Positions 38,266 to 47,715 of a stretch of 64,000 bases of DNA are shown piece after piece (position 1 is the stretch's first letter; the number at the start of each line of letters is the position of its first letter). The notes under the pieces were generated by a model that had not been told where the DNA came from, ran no database searches, and was given only the letters and a program-made list of their open reading frames with translations. The DNA comes from Candidatus Melainabacteria bacterium 17Bon1m (GTDB lineage Bacteria; Cyanobacteriota; Vampirovibrionia; Obscuribacterales; Obscuribacteraceae): the NCBI GenBank assembly GCA_032128875.1, contig JAVLKG010000005.1, positions 32,001 to 96,000 on the forward strand. Direction: 5' to 3'. A program made the position numbers and the translations under genes.

Positions 38266-38991
38266 CTATTGCTGAGCGCTGATTTCTAAATTGCATCTTG
38301 TAATGCCGGAAATCAATTCTGAATGTTCTTGCTCACCTAGAAGATTGCCTTCAGCAGCTCGGTTCAGATGTTCCAGCGCAAGCTTGTAAACGCGCAAGAG
38401 CATGTAGCATTGACCGAGTCTGAGATTGATGTTCGCGCACATGTATTGTTGAACGTGGTCACGATGCTCGGCGTCCGGCAGCCATTCCGAAGCTCTATTG
38501 AGCCAGGTGACAGCTTGCGAAACATACTCAGTATCGCCTTCGCGATGTGCAGCTTGTTTCAGATAGATCGTTCCTAAACCTAAGGCAAGTCCAGCGTTTT
38601 GTGGTGTGTCGGCAAGAGCGCGGTCGAAAATAGAAACCAAATCTTTCGCGATTTCCGCGCGTTGCATTTCGCTGTAGGAATCTTTGGACAGAAGGTCTTC
38701 GCTCTTCGAAATCCAGACGGCGTACGTTCCATTCCGCTCATCCGGTGCGTCGTTCAACAGTATGTATTCGAAGACTTCGCACATCTGTTTCCATGTCAGT
38801 TTGTTCGACAAAAACTCGACGAATGCGATCAGTCGATGCGACGGAGGCATCTCGATATCCTGCGTTTGCTGCAGGTACTGTGCAAGTGACTCTTCATTGG
38901 TGGCAAGTGGAGTCGGCAGAAAAGACGGCTGCTCAAGCCGTTCTTTAAGAGTCTGCATTGCTTGTTTTGCGTTTCGAATATCTTCTTCCAT
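38266..38991 (-). CDS. TPR-like hypothetical protein
   Basis: LGQCYMLLRVYKLALEHLNRA helix pair. Confidence 0.7.
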   Translation of the reverse strand: MEEDIRNAKQAMQTLKERLEQPSFLPTPLATNEESLAQYLQQTQDIEMPPSHRLIAFVEFLSNKLTWKQMCEVFEYILLNDAPDERNGTYAVWISKSEDLLSKDSYSEMQRAEIAKDLVSIFDRALADTPQNAGLALGLGTIYLKQAAHREGDTEYVSQAVTWLNRASEWLPDAEHRDHVQQYMCANINLRLGQCYMLLRVYKLALEHLNRAAEGNLLGEQEHSELISGITRCNLEISAQQ

Positions 38992-39302
38992 GGTCTTGTC
39001 CGCACAATTTGTCTTATAGAGCTTACAAGTTATCGTGTTTCAGAACCTGTGCCAACTTTGCAAATTTACCAATGCTTGCACGGTGCAGGTCGGCTGTGGC
39101 AAAGAAGGTGTGGCAGTCCTAAAAAAACGGTCGACGACGCATAACGTCGACCCTATGATAAACTAAAGCAAATAGTAGAACAGGGGCTTAAAGCGAGCGG
39201 CGAAGATTCCGTTTGGAACTTCACCGCCCGCAGGCGCCGAACGCTATGAATCTGATGCACTCTTTCGAGCAACATCAGACAGCTAGAATTCGGCAAAGGC
39301 GT

Positions 39303-40145
39303 TTAGAGCTGGTTCAGCTCGGCGACAGCCTTCTTGATCTGGGCCGGCAGGTCTCCCAGCTCCTTCTCTAGAGTCGCCTCGATGGCAGCCGCTTCGTCCT
39401 GGAAGGGCTTCATCGTCGCAGCACCGCGCTCCTGGATGTCCTTGGTCGCGTCGGCAGCTTTCTGCTGCAAAGCGGCCAATTCCGCCTGGAACGGCTGAGA
39501 CTTCTGCATGATCTCGATCTGGATCTTCAGAGCCTCGTCCTGCGTCTTCGCGTTCTTCAGCTGCTCCGGCAGATCGCCGAGCGCGGTCCTGGCGCGCTCC
39601 TGGATCTCCTTCGCCTGCTGTTGGAACGGCGCCAAAGCAGCCTTCAGCTCCGCCTCGATGGGGGCGAGAGCCGTCTGGGCGCGCTTCTCGACGTCGGCGA
39701 GCTGTGCTTCGAACGGCTTGCTCTTCGCTTCTGCCTGCTTGAGCAGAGCGTTGATCTCGCCGATCTTCGTCACAAAAGCGTCGACGTTGGCCGCCTTGAA
39801 ATTCGCCTTCTGGTAAATGGGGTTCGGAACGCCGGGCAGCATCACGATGACCGCCGGGAGCGCCGCTTCGGGAGCACCGATGGCAGCCGCCGGGATCTGC
39901 ATGTACTTCACGGAGTTGTCCTGTTCGCCTTTCGCCTTGAGCTTGTGAGCGACGTCCTTGCACTCGCCGCAGCCGTTGGCGGTGACGAGCAGAACGACCG
40001 GACGATCGGAGTTGACGACCTCGGTCTGGAGGTTGGTCTGGTTGACTTCGGGCAGGATCGGGCGGTTGAGCAGGGCGGGCGTCACAAGGACGAGACCGAC
40101 GAGCAAGATACCGCCGATGATCACCAGCAGATTTCGTTTGGACAT
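39303..40145 (-). CDS. Membrane-anchored thioredoxin-like protein with long coiled-coil tail
   Basis: GAGG RBS; N-terminal TM; EVVNSDRPVVLLVTANGCGEC (CxxC); Ala/Glu/Gln/Lys-rich helical C-terminal half. Confidence 0.82.
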   Translation of the reverse strand: MSKRNLLVIIGGILLVGLVLVTPALLNRPILPEVNQTNLQTEVVNSDRPVVLLVTANGCGECKDVAHKLKAKGEQDNSVKYMQIPAAAIGAPEAALPAVIVMLPGVPNPIYQKANFKAANVDAFVTKIGEINALLKQAEAKSKPFEAQLADVEKRAQTALAPIEAELKAALAPFQQQAKEIQERARTALGDLPEQLKNAKTQDEALKIQIEIMQKSQPFQAELAALQQKAADATKDIQERGAATMKPFQDEAAAIEATLEKELGDLPAQIKKAVAELNQL

Positions 40146-40513
40146 GGTTTTTTCCTCGAATAACAGTTGGTTCAGTGGCGAGTAGGCCGCTGAAACTTTG
40201 AAGGTTGCTGAACTCGGCACGACGCCAAGCTCAGGTCGATGCATTTCCGCGGCTTCTCTCCATCAACACGTGAGTGCAGAAGGAAAGAACGTCAGGTTGG
40301 CTGGGTCGGGTTTTTGGGTGGCTGACTGCCGGAGAAATGAACAAAGAGATGTAATTGAGCCTAAACATTTTTCGCGTGCGTACAGCAAGGAAAATGGGTC
40401 TGTATTAGCTTTCAGAGCTCTCATCTACGGGCTGAAATATTGCGCAGCTAGCGACAGCATTTGGTTAGACCGCGCTCAGATCGTCTGCAAAACCAGATCT
40501 GACGTGCGGTTGG

Positions 40514-40930
40514 TCATGCCACATTTGCTTTCGGCAAGAAAACTGCAGGCGATACTTTGAAGTAGTGCGCTAGTTTGACGCAATGCTTTTTCGTCAGTTC
40601 GCGTTTGCCTGATACTAATTCGCTCATTACTCCTGATGAAACGCCCAAAATCTGTTGTACTGCAACTTGTTTTAAATTGTGCTCTTTCATGAATGACTGA
40701 AGGAGATGATGCGGAGCCAGATCCGAAACATTTAGTGCATGGTGTTTTATTTCGTATTTGCTGATTTCGTTGAGCAAAACTTCCAGATAATCGTTCTCGT
40801 CCTGTAAGAGCGGATCGACTCTTAGCATCAAGCTTTGCGCCATCGCGTGCGCGGCGTCCAGGTGACCGTCATTTTTGATGGGCACTAACGGAAAGCGCTC
40901 GATGAGAGCTCTGTATTTTTCAGTTACCAT
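40514..40930 (-). CDS. higA: HigA-type antitoxin (Xre HTH)
   Basis: FPLVPIKND, EISKYE, HTH MSELVSGKRELT...LAHYFKVSPAVF; start overlaps the toxin stop. Confidence 0.88.
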   Translation of the reverse strand: MVTEKYRALIERFPLVPIKNDGHLDAAHAMAQSLMLRVDPLLQDENDYLEVLLNEISKYEIKHHALNVSDLAPHHLLQSFMKEHNLKQVAVQQILGVSSGVMSELVSGKRELTKKHCVKLAHYFKVSPAVFLPKANVA

Positions 40931-41214
40931 CAGAACTTCTCCCGGTCATACTCTGCATGAGTCATGATTTTGAGCACATACACTCTTTCTTGCTGTATCC
41001 AAACCATTGCGGCGAGTCTGAATTTATTACCATCGATGTTGAAAATGAATTTCTGGTTGCCGATGTGGTCCACACTGTTGAGCGTTTTTTGAACGTCGGT
41101 ATTGTTTTGCCATTCGGCGGCTCTAACTTTGATTATCCATTCGTGGAGAGGGGCTTCAGCTTCAGCGTGCTCGACGATGAACTGTTTGATCGCTCTCACG
41201 TTCAAAATGTCCAA
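40930..41214 (-). CDS. higB: HigB-type mRNA interferase toxin
   Basis: GAGG RBS and TTG start; W...V..AEW, FIFNIDGNKFRL, IMTHAEYD. Confidence 0.88.
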   Translation of the reverse strand: MDILNVRAIKQFIVEHAEAEAPLHEWIIKVRAAEWQNNTDVQKTLNSVDHIGNQKFIFNIDGNKFRLAAMVWIQQERVYVLKIMTHAEYDREKF

Positions 41215-42003
41215 CTGAGCACCTCTTTCTTGCGATTCTCTCAAATTGAGAGGGGTATCGCAATTAAAATCTCTCATTTTGAGAGGAGTTGGTTTCCTGC
41301 ATTTGTTGGATGATTTTTCTTTTTCTGCTGGAAGTTTTGAATGTTCAATTGCATATGCTCGTCATTAAGTTTTTCCTGGTGAGCGAGCTAACGCTGTAAG
41401 AGATATTCGTTTACGAACAGGCTCTTAAATCGTTGTGAGCTATCGAAATGGCTACAGAGACGTAATTTCTGAGCTTATTCTCTTTTAAAAGCCAAGAGTT
41501 TAGTGTGTCGTTAGTTGCTTCGCGCGAGACTGTGCAACGCGCGCGAAGTCTTCTCTGATACCGAATTTAAGTTGCCAAATGATACAAATAGGCAACTGAA
41601 ATTGCGCATGAATCATGGGCCGAATTAGCTTTATCGCATAGATCCTTTTCGCGACAAACCCAGAGCAGTTCAGCCACGCACAATATTCCCGTATCCATAA
41701 CCGCAGAAACAACCGCAGCAGCCAACTGTTGTGATGTTGCAGGCACATTGAAACGTTCGTGTCCTGGTGCGGTTAGGCGAGGTTTGCGTGAGTGAGTTTG
41801 ATTTGGTCGAAACATCTGAGAGCTCTTTGGCTGGCTAAAACCGGTTCTGATGGCTCTTCCCTTGTTTTCTGGTTTGTTCGCGTAATGAGGCAGCTCTGAG
41901 CCGCCTTTCACCTGAAATCTGAATCGAGAACCGTGTCGCTCGTGCGAACTGTTTTCGCTAAACCGGAGCGCACTTGTGCGTTTCCAAAACTGGAGACTCG
42001 AAT

Positions 42004-43143
42004 ATGTGGATAATCAACCGTGAGGTGCGCCGACTCGTCGCGCGTATCGAGAGTTTTTCGTATGGGACGAATGGTGGAAACGAGCTCGATGACCTGCTGG
42101 TGCAGCTCGTCAGCTTGCTGCAGAAGCGCTGCGCGCACCCGAAGGTGGTCGCACGCTACGAGAGCTACCGCACGTTGGAGTCTGACCTCCGTCCGATGCC
42201 GGTCGATGCCGAGGGCTATGTCATCGGATACGACCCGCTCTCGCAAGAGAAAGAGTTCGTCGAGTGCTGGCAGAAGTACGGCATCGTCGTCGGACTCAAC
42301 GTCGTTTCGCCCCAACTGGCCGCCGCCACCATCCGCCGCATGGGCGAGTTGATGCTCGGTGCCAGCGACGGCAAGTGCGACCTCAATCGCCCCGAGACCT
42401 GGTCGGACATGCCCGCGGACAGCGCTGGTGTGCCGATTGCGACGCGCGGATTCTTCGAGGTCTACCACGACGACGCGATTGCCCAGCTGCGGCAGTCTGT
42501 TCGCGTCTACCTGCACTACGTCCTCATCTGGGGGCGTGCTGACCTCTGGACGACCTTCGACAGGCTCGGGCTCAAGCTGCCCGGTCACGAAGAGTCGAAG
42601 GCACTGCCGCTGCACGTGGACCAAAATCCCAACGTGCATCCGGACTTCCGCACCGTTCAGGGTGTTCTCGCCCTCGACGACTGCCCGGCAGAACGCGGCA
42701 CCTTTGTCGGTGTCGCTGGCTCGCGGGCTGTGTTTCCGATGTATGCGGAGATGGCGAAGAACGGCGGCGAGTACGTGGAGATGGACAGCAGCAACCCGCG
42801 GACGCTGCCGGTCCAAGACCGCGCGCAGAAGTTTCCGCTGCGCCGGGGCAGCCTGGTCAGCTGGGACAGCCGGACGACCCACGCCAACAGCGCCAATGTC
42901 TCGGACAAGACGCGCTACGTGGCTTACATCTCCTACGGCGTCAGCCGGCAGGACGACCCCGAAGCGCTCGCCTGGCGCGTCGACGGCTTCATGTCGGGTC
43001 TCGGCATGAACAAGCGCGACTCGTACATGCACGCGTCCAAGAAACCACGCTTCACGAATCAGCCGCTCATGGCTGGTCTGCGCAAGCGCGAACAACTCAC
43101 CGCACTGGGGAGACTCATCTATGGCATGCAGAGATATGAATAA
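42004..43143 (+). CDS. Phytanoyl-CoA dioxygenase (PhyH)-family Fe(II)/2OG oxygenase
   Basis: LHVDQNP (HxD), VQGVLAL, WDSRTTHAN (distal His) and RYVAY (2OG-binding Arg). Confidence 0.85.
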   Translation: MWIINREVRRLVARIESFSYGTNGGNELDDLLVQLVSLLQKRCAHPKVVARYESYRTLESDLRPMPVDAEGYVIGYDPLSQEKEFVECWQKYGIVVGLNVVSPQLAAATIRRMGELMLGASDGKCDLNRPETWSDMPADSAGVPIATRGFFEVYHDDAIAQLRQSVRVYLHYVLIWGRADLWTTFDRLGLKLPGHEESKALPLHVDQNPNVHPDFRTVQGVLALDDCPAERGTFVGVAGSRAVFPMYAEMAKNGGEYVEMDSSNPRTLPVQDRAQKFPLRRGSLVSWDSRTTHANSANVSDKTRYVAYISYGVSRQDDPEALAWRVDGFMSGLGMNKRDSYMHASKKPRFTNQPLMAGLRKREQLTALGRLIYGMQRYE

Positions 43144-44374
43144 ACTGCGGGCACTGCTCAACGCAGAGCCTTTTGGATTCGGTCCGACCGCCGCCATCGC
43201 TGACTGCTTCCCGTTCTTGCGGGAGGTCTTCGGCACTGTCGGTTATGTCGGCGTCGGCTTCACGCTCGACCTGCAGCGCCCCCTGCCGTACGACGCGATG
43301 CACGACATTACGGGCGTTCCTCCTGAGTTGCAGGATGCTGTCTTGGCGGAAATCTTCGCGCAGTACGACGTGTTCGTCACGGCGCTGGATTTCGGCATGG
43401 CCGAGAAAGCACGCGCTGCCGGGCTGAAAGTCGTCATCTACGACCCGCTGACCTGGTATTGGAAGTCGATACCGCCGGTGGTGAAGGATGCCGACCTGTA
43501 TATCGCTCAGGACTTCTTCGGAGTCCGCGAGCGCATGCAGGCTCAGCCGGACGTCTTCAACGCGAAGAACATCCGCGTTGTGCCGCCGATCATCGGCGAC
43601 GTCGGGCACGCATCTGGCGAGCGCGACACCGTGCTGCTCAATTTGGGCGGGTTGAACAACCCGTTCTGGAGCGCGGAAGGAACGCTCGCGTACGCGCGCT
43701 TTATCGTGGAGGCGTTCTCCAGGGTGGCGACGAATGTCGACATCGTCATCACCGCCAACAAGTGCATCGCAGCGAACGCGCGCATCGCTGAGGAACTCGC
43801 CGAGTTCGGTGTGAAGAACCTCAGCCGCTCTGAGATGCAGGAAGTGCTGAAGGGTGCGAAGTTCGCACTCATGACGCCTGGGCTGGGCAACGTTTACGAC
43901 GCGGCTCGCTTCGATATTCCCACCATCTGGTTGCCGCCTGCCAACGACAGTCAGGGGCAGCAGCTCCTGATGCTGATCGACCACGGAATGGTGGACGGTT
44001 TCGTCGACTGGCACCACTTGCTCGACCGCCAGCCGATCGACTACGACGCGGAGCAGACGCAGGTCCTGAAGAAGGTCTCCAGCGCTGTGACGCGTGCGTG
44101 CAGTCTCGGTTCGGCGAAGAGCAAGCTGGAAAAGCGGCTGACTGCCTGCATCACGGCGATATCCGAGGCGAACCAGTGGCGCCTCGATACGCGGCGCAGT
44201 TCGCGGCAGCTGCCGAAAGCAGCTTCGCACACGGCGCAACTGGTTGACCGGTTCGGTGCAGGCGGCGCCCGCGAAGTGGGTCGCCTCGTTGCCGAGCTGG
44301 TGTCTGAGATGAACATCACTTCAAACACGGGCGCGCACGAAGATGGGTGTCCGACAAAAGGAGGAGCGTCATGA
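43136..44374 (+). CDS. GT-B glycosyltransferase related to cytosylglucuronate (CGA) synthase
   Basis: N-terminal PFGFGP, LNLGG, TPGLG and LPPANDSQ resemble motifs I recall from the BlsD/MilC CGA-synthase and related family; overlaps the upstream stop. Confidence 0.65.
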   Translation: MNKLRALLNAEPFGFGPTAAIADCFPFLREVFGTVGYVGVGFTLDLQRPLPYDAMHDITGVPPELQDAVLAEIFAQYDVFVTALDFGMAEKARAAGLKVVIYDPLTWYWKSIPPVVKDADLYIAQDFFGVRERMQAQPDVFNAKNIRVVPPIIGDVGHASGERDTVLLNLGGLNNPFWSAEGTLAYARFIVEAFSRVATNVDIVITANKCIAANARIAEELAEFGVKNLSRSEMQEVLKGAKFALMTPGLGNVYDAARFDIPTIWLPPANDSQGQQLLMLIDHGMVDGFVDWHHLLDRQPIDYDAEQTQVLKKVSSAVTRACSLGSAKSKLEKRLTACITAISEANQWRLDTRRSSRQLPKAASHTAQLVDRFGAGGAREVGRLVAELVSEMNITSNTGAHEDGCPTKGGAS

Positions 44375-45357
44375 CTAAGCATAGCTACAGTCTGTATCTG
44401 CCCGGCGCGCTGCTGATGCGAGTCGAAACGCCGGTGCCCGCCTTCGGGACGGGAGGACAGATTCCGGAAGAAGTTCGTGTGCTGACCGAAGCGTATCTGC
44501 CGGGCGCCGAATTCGTCGGCGTCTGCGCGGTGCGCGGCGGGCTGCATGTGTCGACCGAGGAGCCGACCCTCACGGTCCGCTTCGAGGAAAGCAGCACCTG
44601 CAGTCTTTCGGTGAAGGGTGGCGAATATGTTCTGCGCGACACCTGGAAGGGTGAAGCGTCGCTGATGGACCTGCTCTTCCTCTGCTACGGCGCGGCTCGC
44701 CGTGCCTGGCTGAAGCGCGGGCTCTATCCCGTTCATGCTGCGGCGCTCTCCCTGGGCGATGGCGGCGTCACGCTCCTGGTCGGTCATTCCGGCTCGGGCA
44801 AGACGTCCGTCACTCTCTCGGCTGTGTCGCGTGGACACAAGGTTTTCTCCGGCAACAAGACACTGGTGAGAATCGACACTGTCGGCGAGCGCACTGTTCT
44901 TACCGCCATCGCCGGCACTCGATCCATGACGGCAAAGGCGGAAGATGTCGCCAAGCATCTGGAACTCGGCACGTTCAATGCAGGCTACCAGGGGCGCTCC
45001 GCGTTCTATCTCGCGCGCGAGCACTACGCTGCTACCGCACCGTCAGTGGTGCACAGCATCATTCTGCCCCGCCTCAATGACGGTGTGCAGAAGTGCAAGC
45101 GCATGAGCCCGGTCTCGGCGGTGCACAAGCTCTACCCGTACTTCCTCGACACGGTCAACGCCGATATCGTTCTTGCCGGCGGCAAGGCGGTGCTCTCCGG
45201 TGAACCGCGCAAGGGCGTGCGTGAATCGCTGGCTGCCGGACTCGCGGCGGCTTTCGATGTGGATGCTGCCAGTGGCGGCATGCAGTCTGCCATCTCCGTC
45301 ATGGAGGTGGAAGGCTCGATGGACTTCATCAATCGCACTCTGGACGGCAAGCGCTGA
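44371..45357 (+). CDS. HprK-related P-loop kinase
   Basis: VHAAAL...LLVGHSGSGKTS; GGAGG RBS; ATGA overlap with the upstream gene. Confidence 0.78.
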   Translation: MTKHSYSLYLPGALLMRVETPVPAFGTGGQIPEEVRVLTEAYLPGAEFVGVCAVRGGLHVSTEEPTLTVRFEESSTCSLSVKGGEYVLRDTWKGEASLMDLLFLCYGAARRAWLKRGLYPVHAAALSLGDGGVTLLVGHSGSGKTSVTLSAVSRGHKVFSGNKTLVRIDTVGERTVLTAIAGTRSMTAKAEDVAKHLELGTFNAGYQGRSAFYLAREHYAATAPSVVHSIILPRLNDGVQKCKRMSPVSAVHKLYPYFLDTVNADIVLAGGKAVLSGEPRKGVRESLAAGLAAAFDVDAASGGMQSAISVMEVEGSMDFINRTLDGKR

Positions 45358-45450
45358 CGAAGCGACTGCCGCCGGGGAGCGCATCCAAATGTACGCGCAT
45401 CTGTCGATGCGCTCCCTGAAGGTACGCACTTAGTGCGCGCCTTGCTATAA

Positions 45451-46611
45451 ATGGAGACCAAAATGCACAAAGCAAAAATTCTCTACGGAGTGTGCGGCAT
45501 AGGTATGGGTCACACCTACCGACAGCTCCCGCTCCTCGATAACCTGGCGGCAGAAGCGCAAATCGTCATGTTCGTCTACGGCGAGAGTCTGGACTTCTAC
45601 GGCAAACACTTCGCGGGCAACGCGAACGTGACCGTGGTGCCGGTGTCGGTTCCCTTCTATGTCGGTGACAAGAAGGGGCTCGACTTCGCCGAGACGGCGC
45701 GCCGCATCGCAGCCGACAAGGCTCGCGGAGTGGACCACGACGCCATCAACCTCGCCGCCATGGCGACTGCGCAACGCCTCTTCGGCGGTGACGGAAAGCC
45801 TGACTTGGTCGTCTCCGACTACTGTCCGGTGTCGGCGCAGTACGCTTACGCACACGGTGCGCCGCTCGTAACCATCGACCAGCAGAGCAAGTATCTCGCC
45901 GGCGACTACACAGAGGAGCTGGGCGGGACGACTTGCCTGGATGAAGTGGCGCGGTTGCGTCTCTTCTTCCCGCGGGCTGAAGCGCGCATCGCTTGCAGCT
46001 TCTTCGAGGTGGAACGCAATCCCGACGCTCGGGAACGAGTGCTCATCGTGCCGCCCTGCATCAAGCCGGCGATTGTCGACTTGAAGAAGCGACGGCGCAA
46101 GAAGGCGTTGACCAATTCGGTGCTGGTGTACATCTCTTCGCAGCGCGACTTCGTTCAACCACTCGATGAAGTGCTGCAGGTGCTCTCTAAGGCGCCGGAG
46201 TTCAAGTTCACCGTCTTCGTAAAAGAGCTGCCGGAAGCGCTCGCCGCCGCCGCGCCCGCCAATGTCAAATTGCGCAGGCACGGTGATCCGCGCTTCCTCG
46301 ACCACCTCGCCGAGTGCAAGGCTGTCATCTCCACCGGCGGTCACTCGCTGGTTTCGGAGGTGATGTACCTGGGCATCCCGGCGTACTTGATTCCGTTGGC
46401 TGTCTACGAGCAGCAGGTCAACTCGCATGTCGTGGGACGCAATGGTTTCGGCGTTTGCGCCGAGAGCCTGAACGTCGCCGAACTGCGGTGTTTCCTCGCC
46501 AATCTGGACGGCTACGCCGAGAACATTCGCAAGGACCGTGAGGTTCTGGTGCGTGGCTCGGGTGAGCGGAAGATCCTCAATATTCTGAAACGGCGTTTTC
46601 TGGCGCGCTGA
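45451..46611 (+). CDS. GT-B glycosyltransferase (MJ1255/GT28-like)
   Basis: KILYGVCGIGMGH, PDLVVSD, VISTGGHSLVSE, YEQQVN. Confidence 0.85.
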   Translation: METKMHKAKILYGVCGIGMGHTYRQLPLLDNLAAEAQIVMFVYGESLDFYGKHFAGNANVTVVPVSVPFYVGDKKGLDFAETARRIAADKARGVDHDAINLAAMATAQRLFGGDGKPDLVVSDYCPVSAQYAYAHGAPLVTIDQQSKYLAGDYTEELGGTTCLDEVARLRLFFPRAEARIACSFFEVERNPDARERVLIVPPCIKPAIVDLKKRRRKKALTNSVLVYISSQRDFVQPLDEVLQVLSKAPEFKFTVFVKELPEALAAAAPANVKLRRHGDPRFLDHLAECKAVISTGGHSLVSEVMYLGIPAYLIPLAVYEQQVNSHVVGRNGFGVCAESLNVAELRCFLANLDGYAENIRKDREVLVRGSGERKILNILKRRFLAR

Positions 46612-46660
46612 CGAAAGTCAGTTCGCCGGGGCGCCTGCCTCAAATGCAGAGAGGAAGAAT

Positions 46661-47665
46661 ATGGCTGAAACAAAAACAATTCGAGTCGGGTTGATCGGAC
46701 CCGGCGCGATTGCTGATGAACGGCTGATACCAGCGCTCTCGACCATCGAGGGCGCTGTCTTCTGGAGCGTGCTCGGGCGCGACCAGTCGAAGGCGGAGAA
46801 ATTCGCCGAGAAGCATGGAGCAAAGGCGCCGCAAGCCGCCTTCAGCGACATGGCTGTGTTTCTCGCCGACTCCGAATTGGACGCGGTGATCATCGCGTCG
46901 CCCGACAAGTTGCACGCCGAGCAAGCCATCGCCTGCGCCAAGGCCGGCAAGCACGTCTTCGTCGAGAAGCCGCTTGCCACCAACTCCGTGGACGCGCGCG
47001 CGATTGTCGAAGCGTGCAATGCGGCGAAGGTGAAGCTGACGGTCGGCTATCACCTGCGGTATCACGCTGGGCATCGCAAGGTGCTCACGCTGCTCGGCGA
47101 TGCTGCGACCAGCCCCATCGGTGCCATCCGGCACATCAACGTGAGCTGGACTTTGCAGTCGAAGGTCGCCGACTGGCGCGCCGACGACAAGCTCGGTCAG
47201 TGGTGGAGCCTGGCGGCGCTCGGCACGCACAGCCTCGACCTCGTCACGTGGTTGCTCAAGGGCGCCGGGGGAACGTGCGAAGCGCGCTCCCATCAAAAAA
47301 TAAAGGAGACGAGCTGCGTCGTTTCGAGCCCGGTCTTCGGCTCCGCGCATGACGAAACCTCGCTCGTGGGGCTGCTCTTCGAATCGGGCGTCACTGCTCA
47401 GATTCTCTCCAGCGTCATCATGCGGGCGCCGCGTGTTGTCGAAATCTTCGGCAGCAAGGGTGCAATTCGCTGTGTGGAAACCCTCGGTCCACGCGGCACG
47501 GGCACCATCACCGTCAACGGCGAAGAACTGAAATTCGTCCCCGTCGATCCGTACGCCGGCGAGTTGAAAGACTTCGTCGTATCCGTCCTTTCCAACCAGG
47601 AACCTTCCGTGACCGGTGCCGAAGGTGTCGCCAACGTGGAGCTACTGGAGCGCGTGAGTCAATAG
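46661..47665 (+). CDS. Gfo/Idh/MocA NAD(P)-dependent oxidoreductase
   Basis: GLIGPGAIA Rossmann motif, AGKHVFVEKPLA, LGTHSLD. Confidence 0.92.
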   Translation: MAETKTIRVGLIGPGAIADERLIPALSTIEGAVFWSVLGRDQSKAEKFAEKHGAKAPQAAFSDMAVFLADSELDAVIIASPDKLHAEQAIACAKAGKHVFVEKPLATNSVDARAIVEACNAAKVKLTVGYHLRYHAGHRKVLTLLGDAATSPIGAIRHINVSWTLQSKVADWRADDKLGQWWSLAALGTHSLDLVTWLLKGAGGTCEARSHQKIKETSCVVSSPVFGSAHDETSLVGLLFESGVTAQILSSVIMRAPRVVEIFGSKGAIRCVETLGPRGTGTITVNGEELKFVPVDPYAGELKDFVVSVLSNQEPSVTGAEGVANVELLERVSQ

Positions 47666-47715
47666 GTCGTTCGCGAACTAGGCACTATATATGGTGCCGC
47701 AAGGAGATACTCCAT

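Noticed and set aside
41815-41865. Fluoride-riboswitch-like AAACCG..CTGATGGCTC segment upstream of the cluster
   Set aside because: Lacks the 5' GATG-containing P1 and a P2 stem, and no fluoride-related gene follows; an Infernal scan would settle it.
44371-45357. RiPP (lasso-peptide) kinase cluster or true HprK
   Set aside because: No precursor peptide, PqqD/RRE, cyclase or peptidase nearby; the N-terminus does not resemble full-length HprK.
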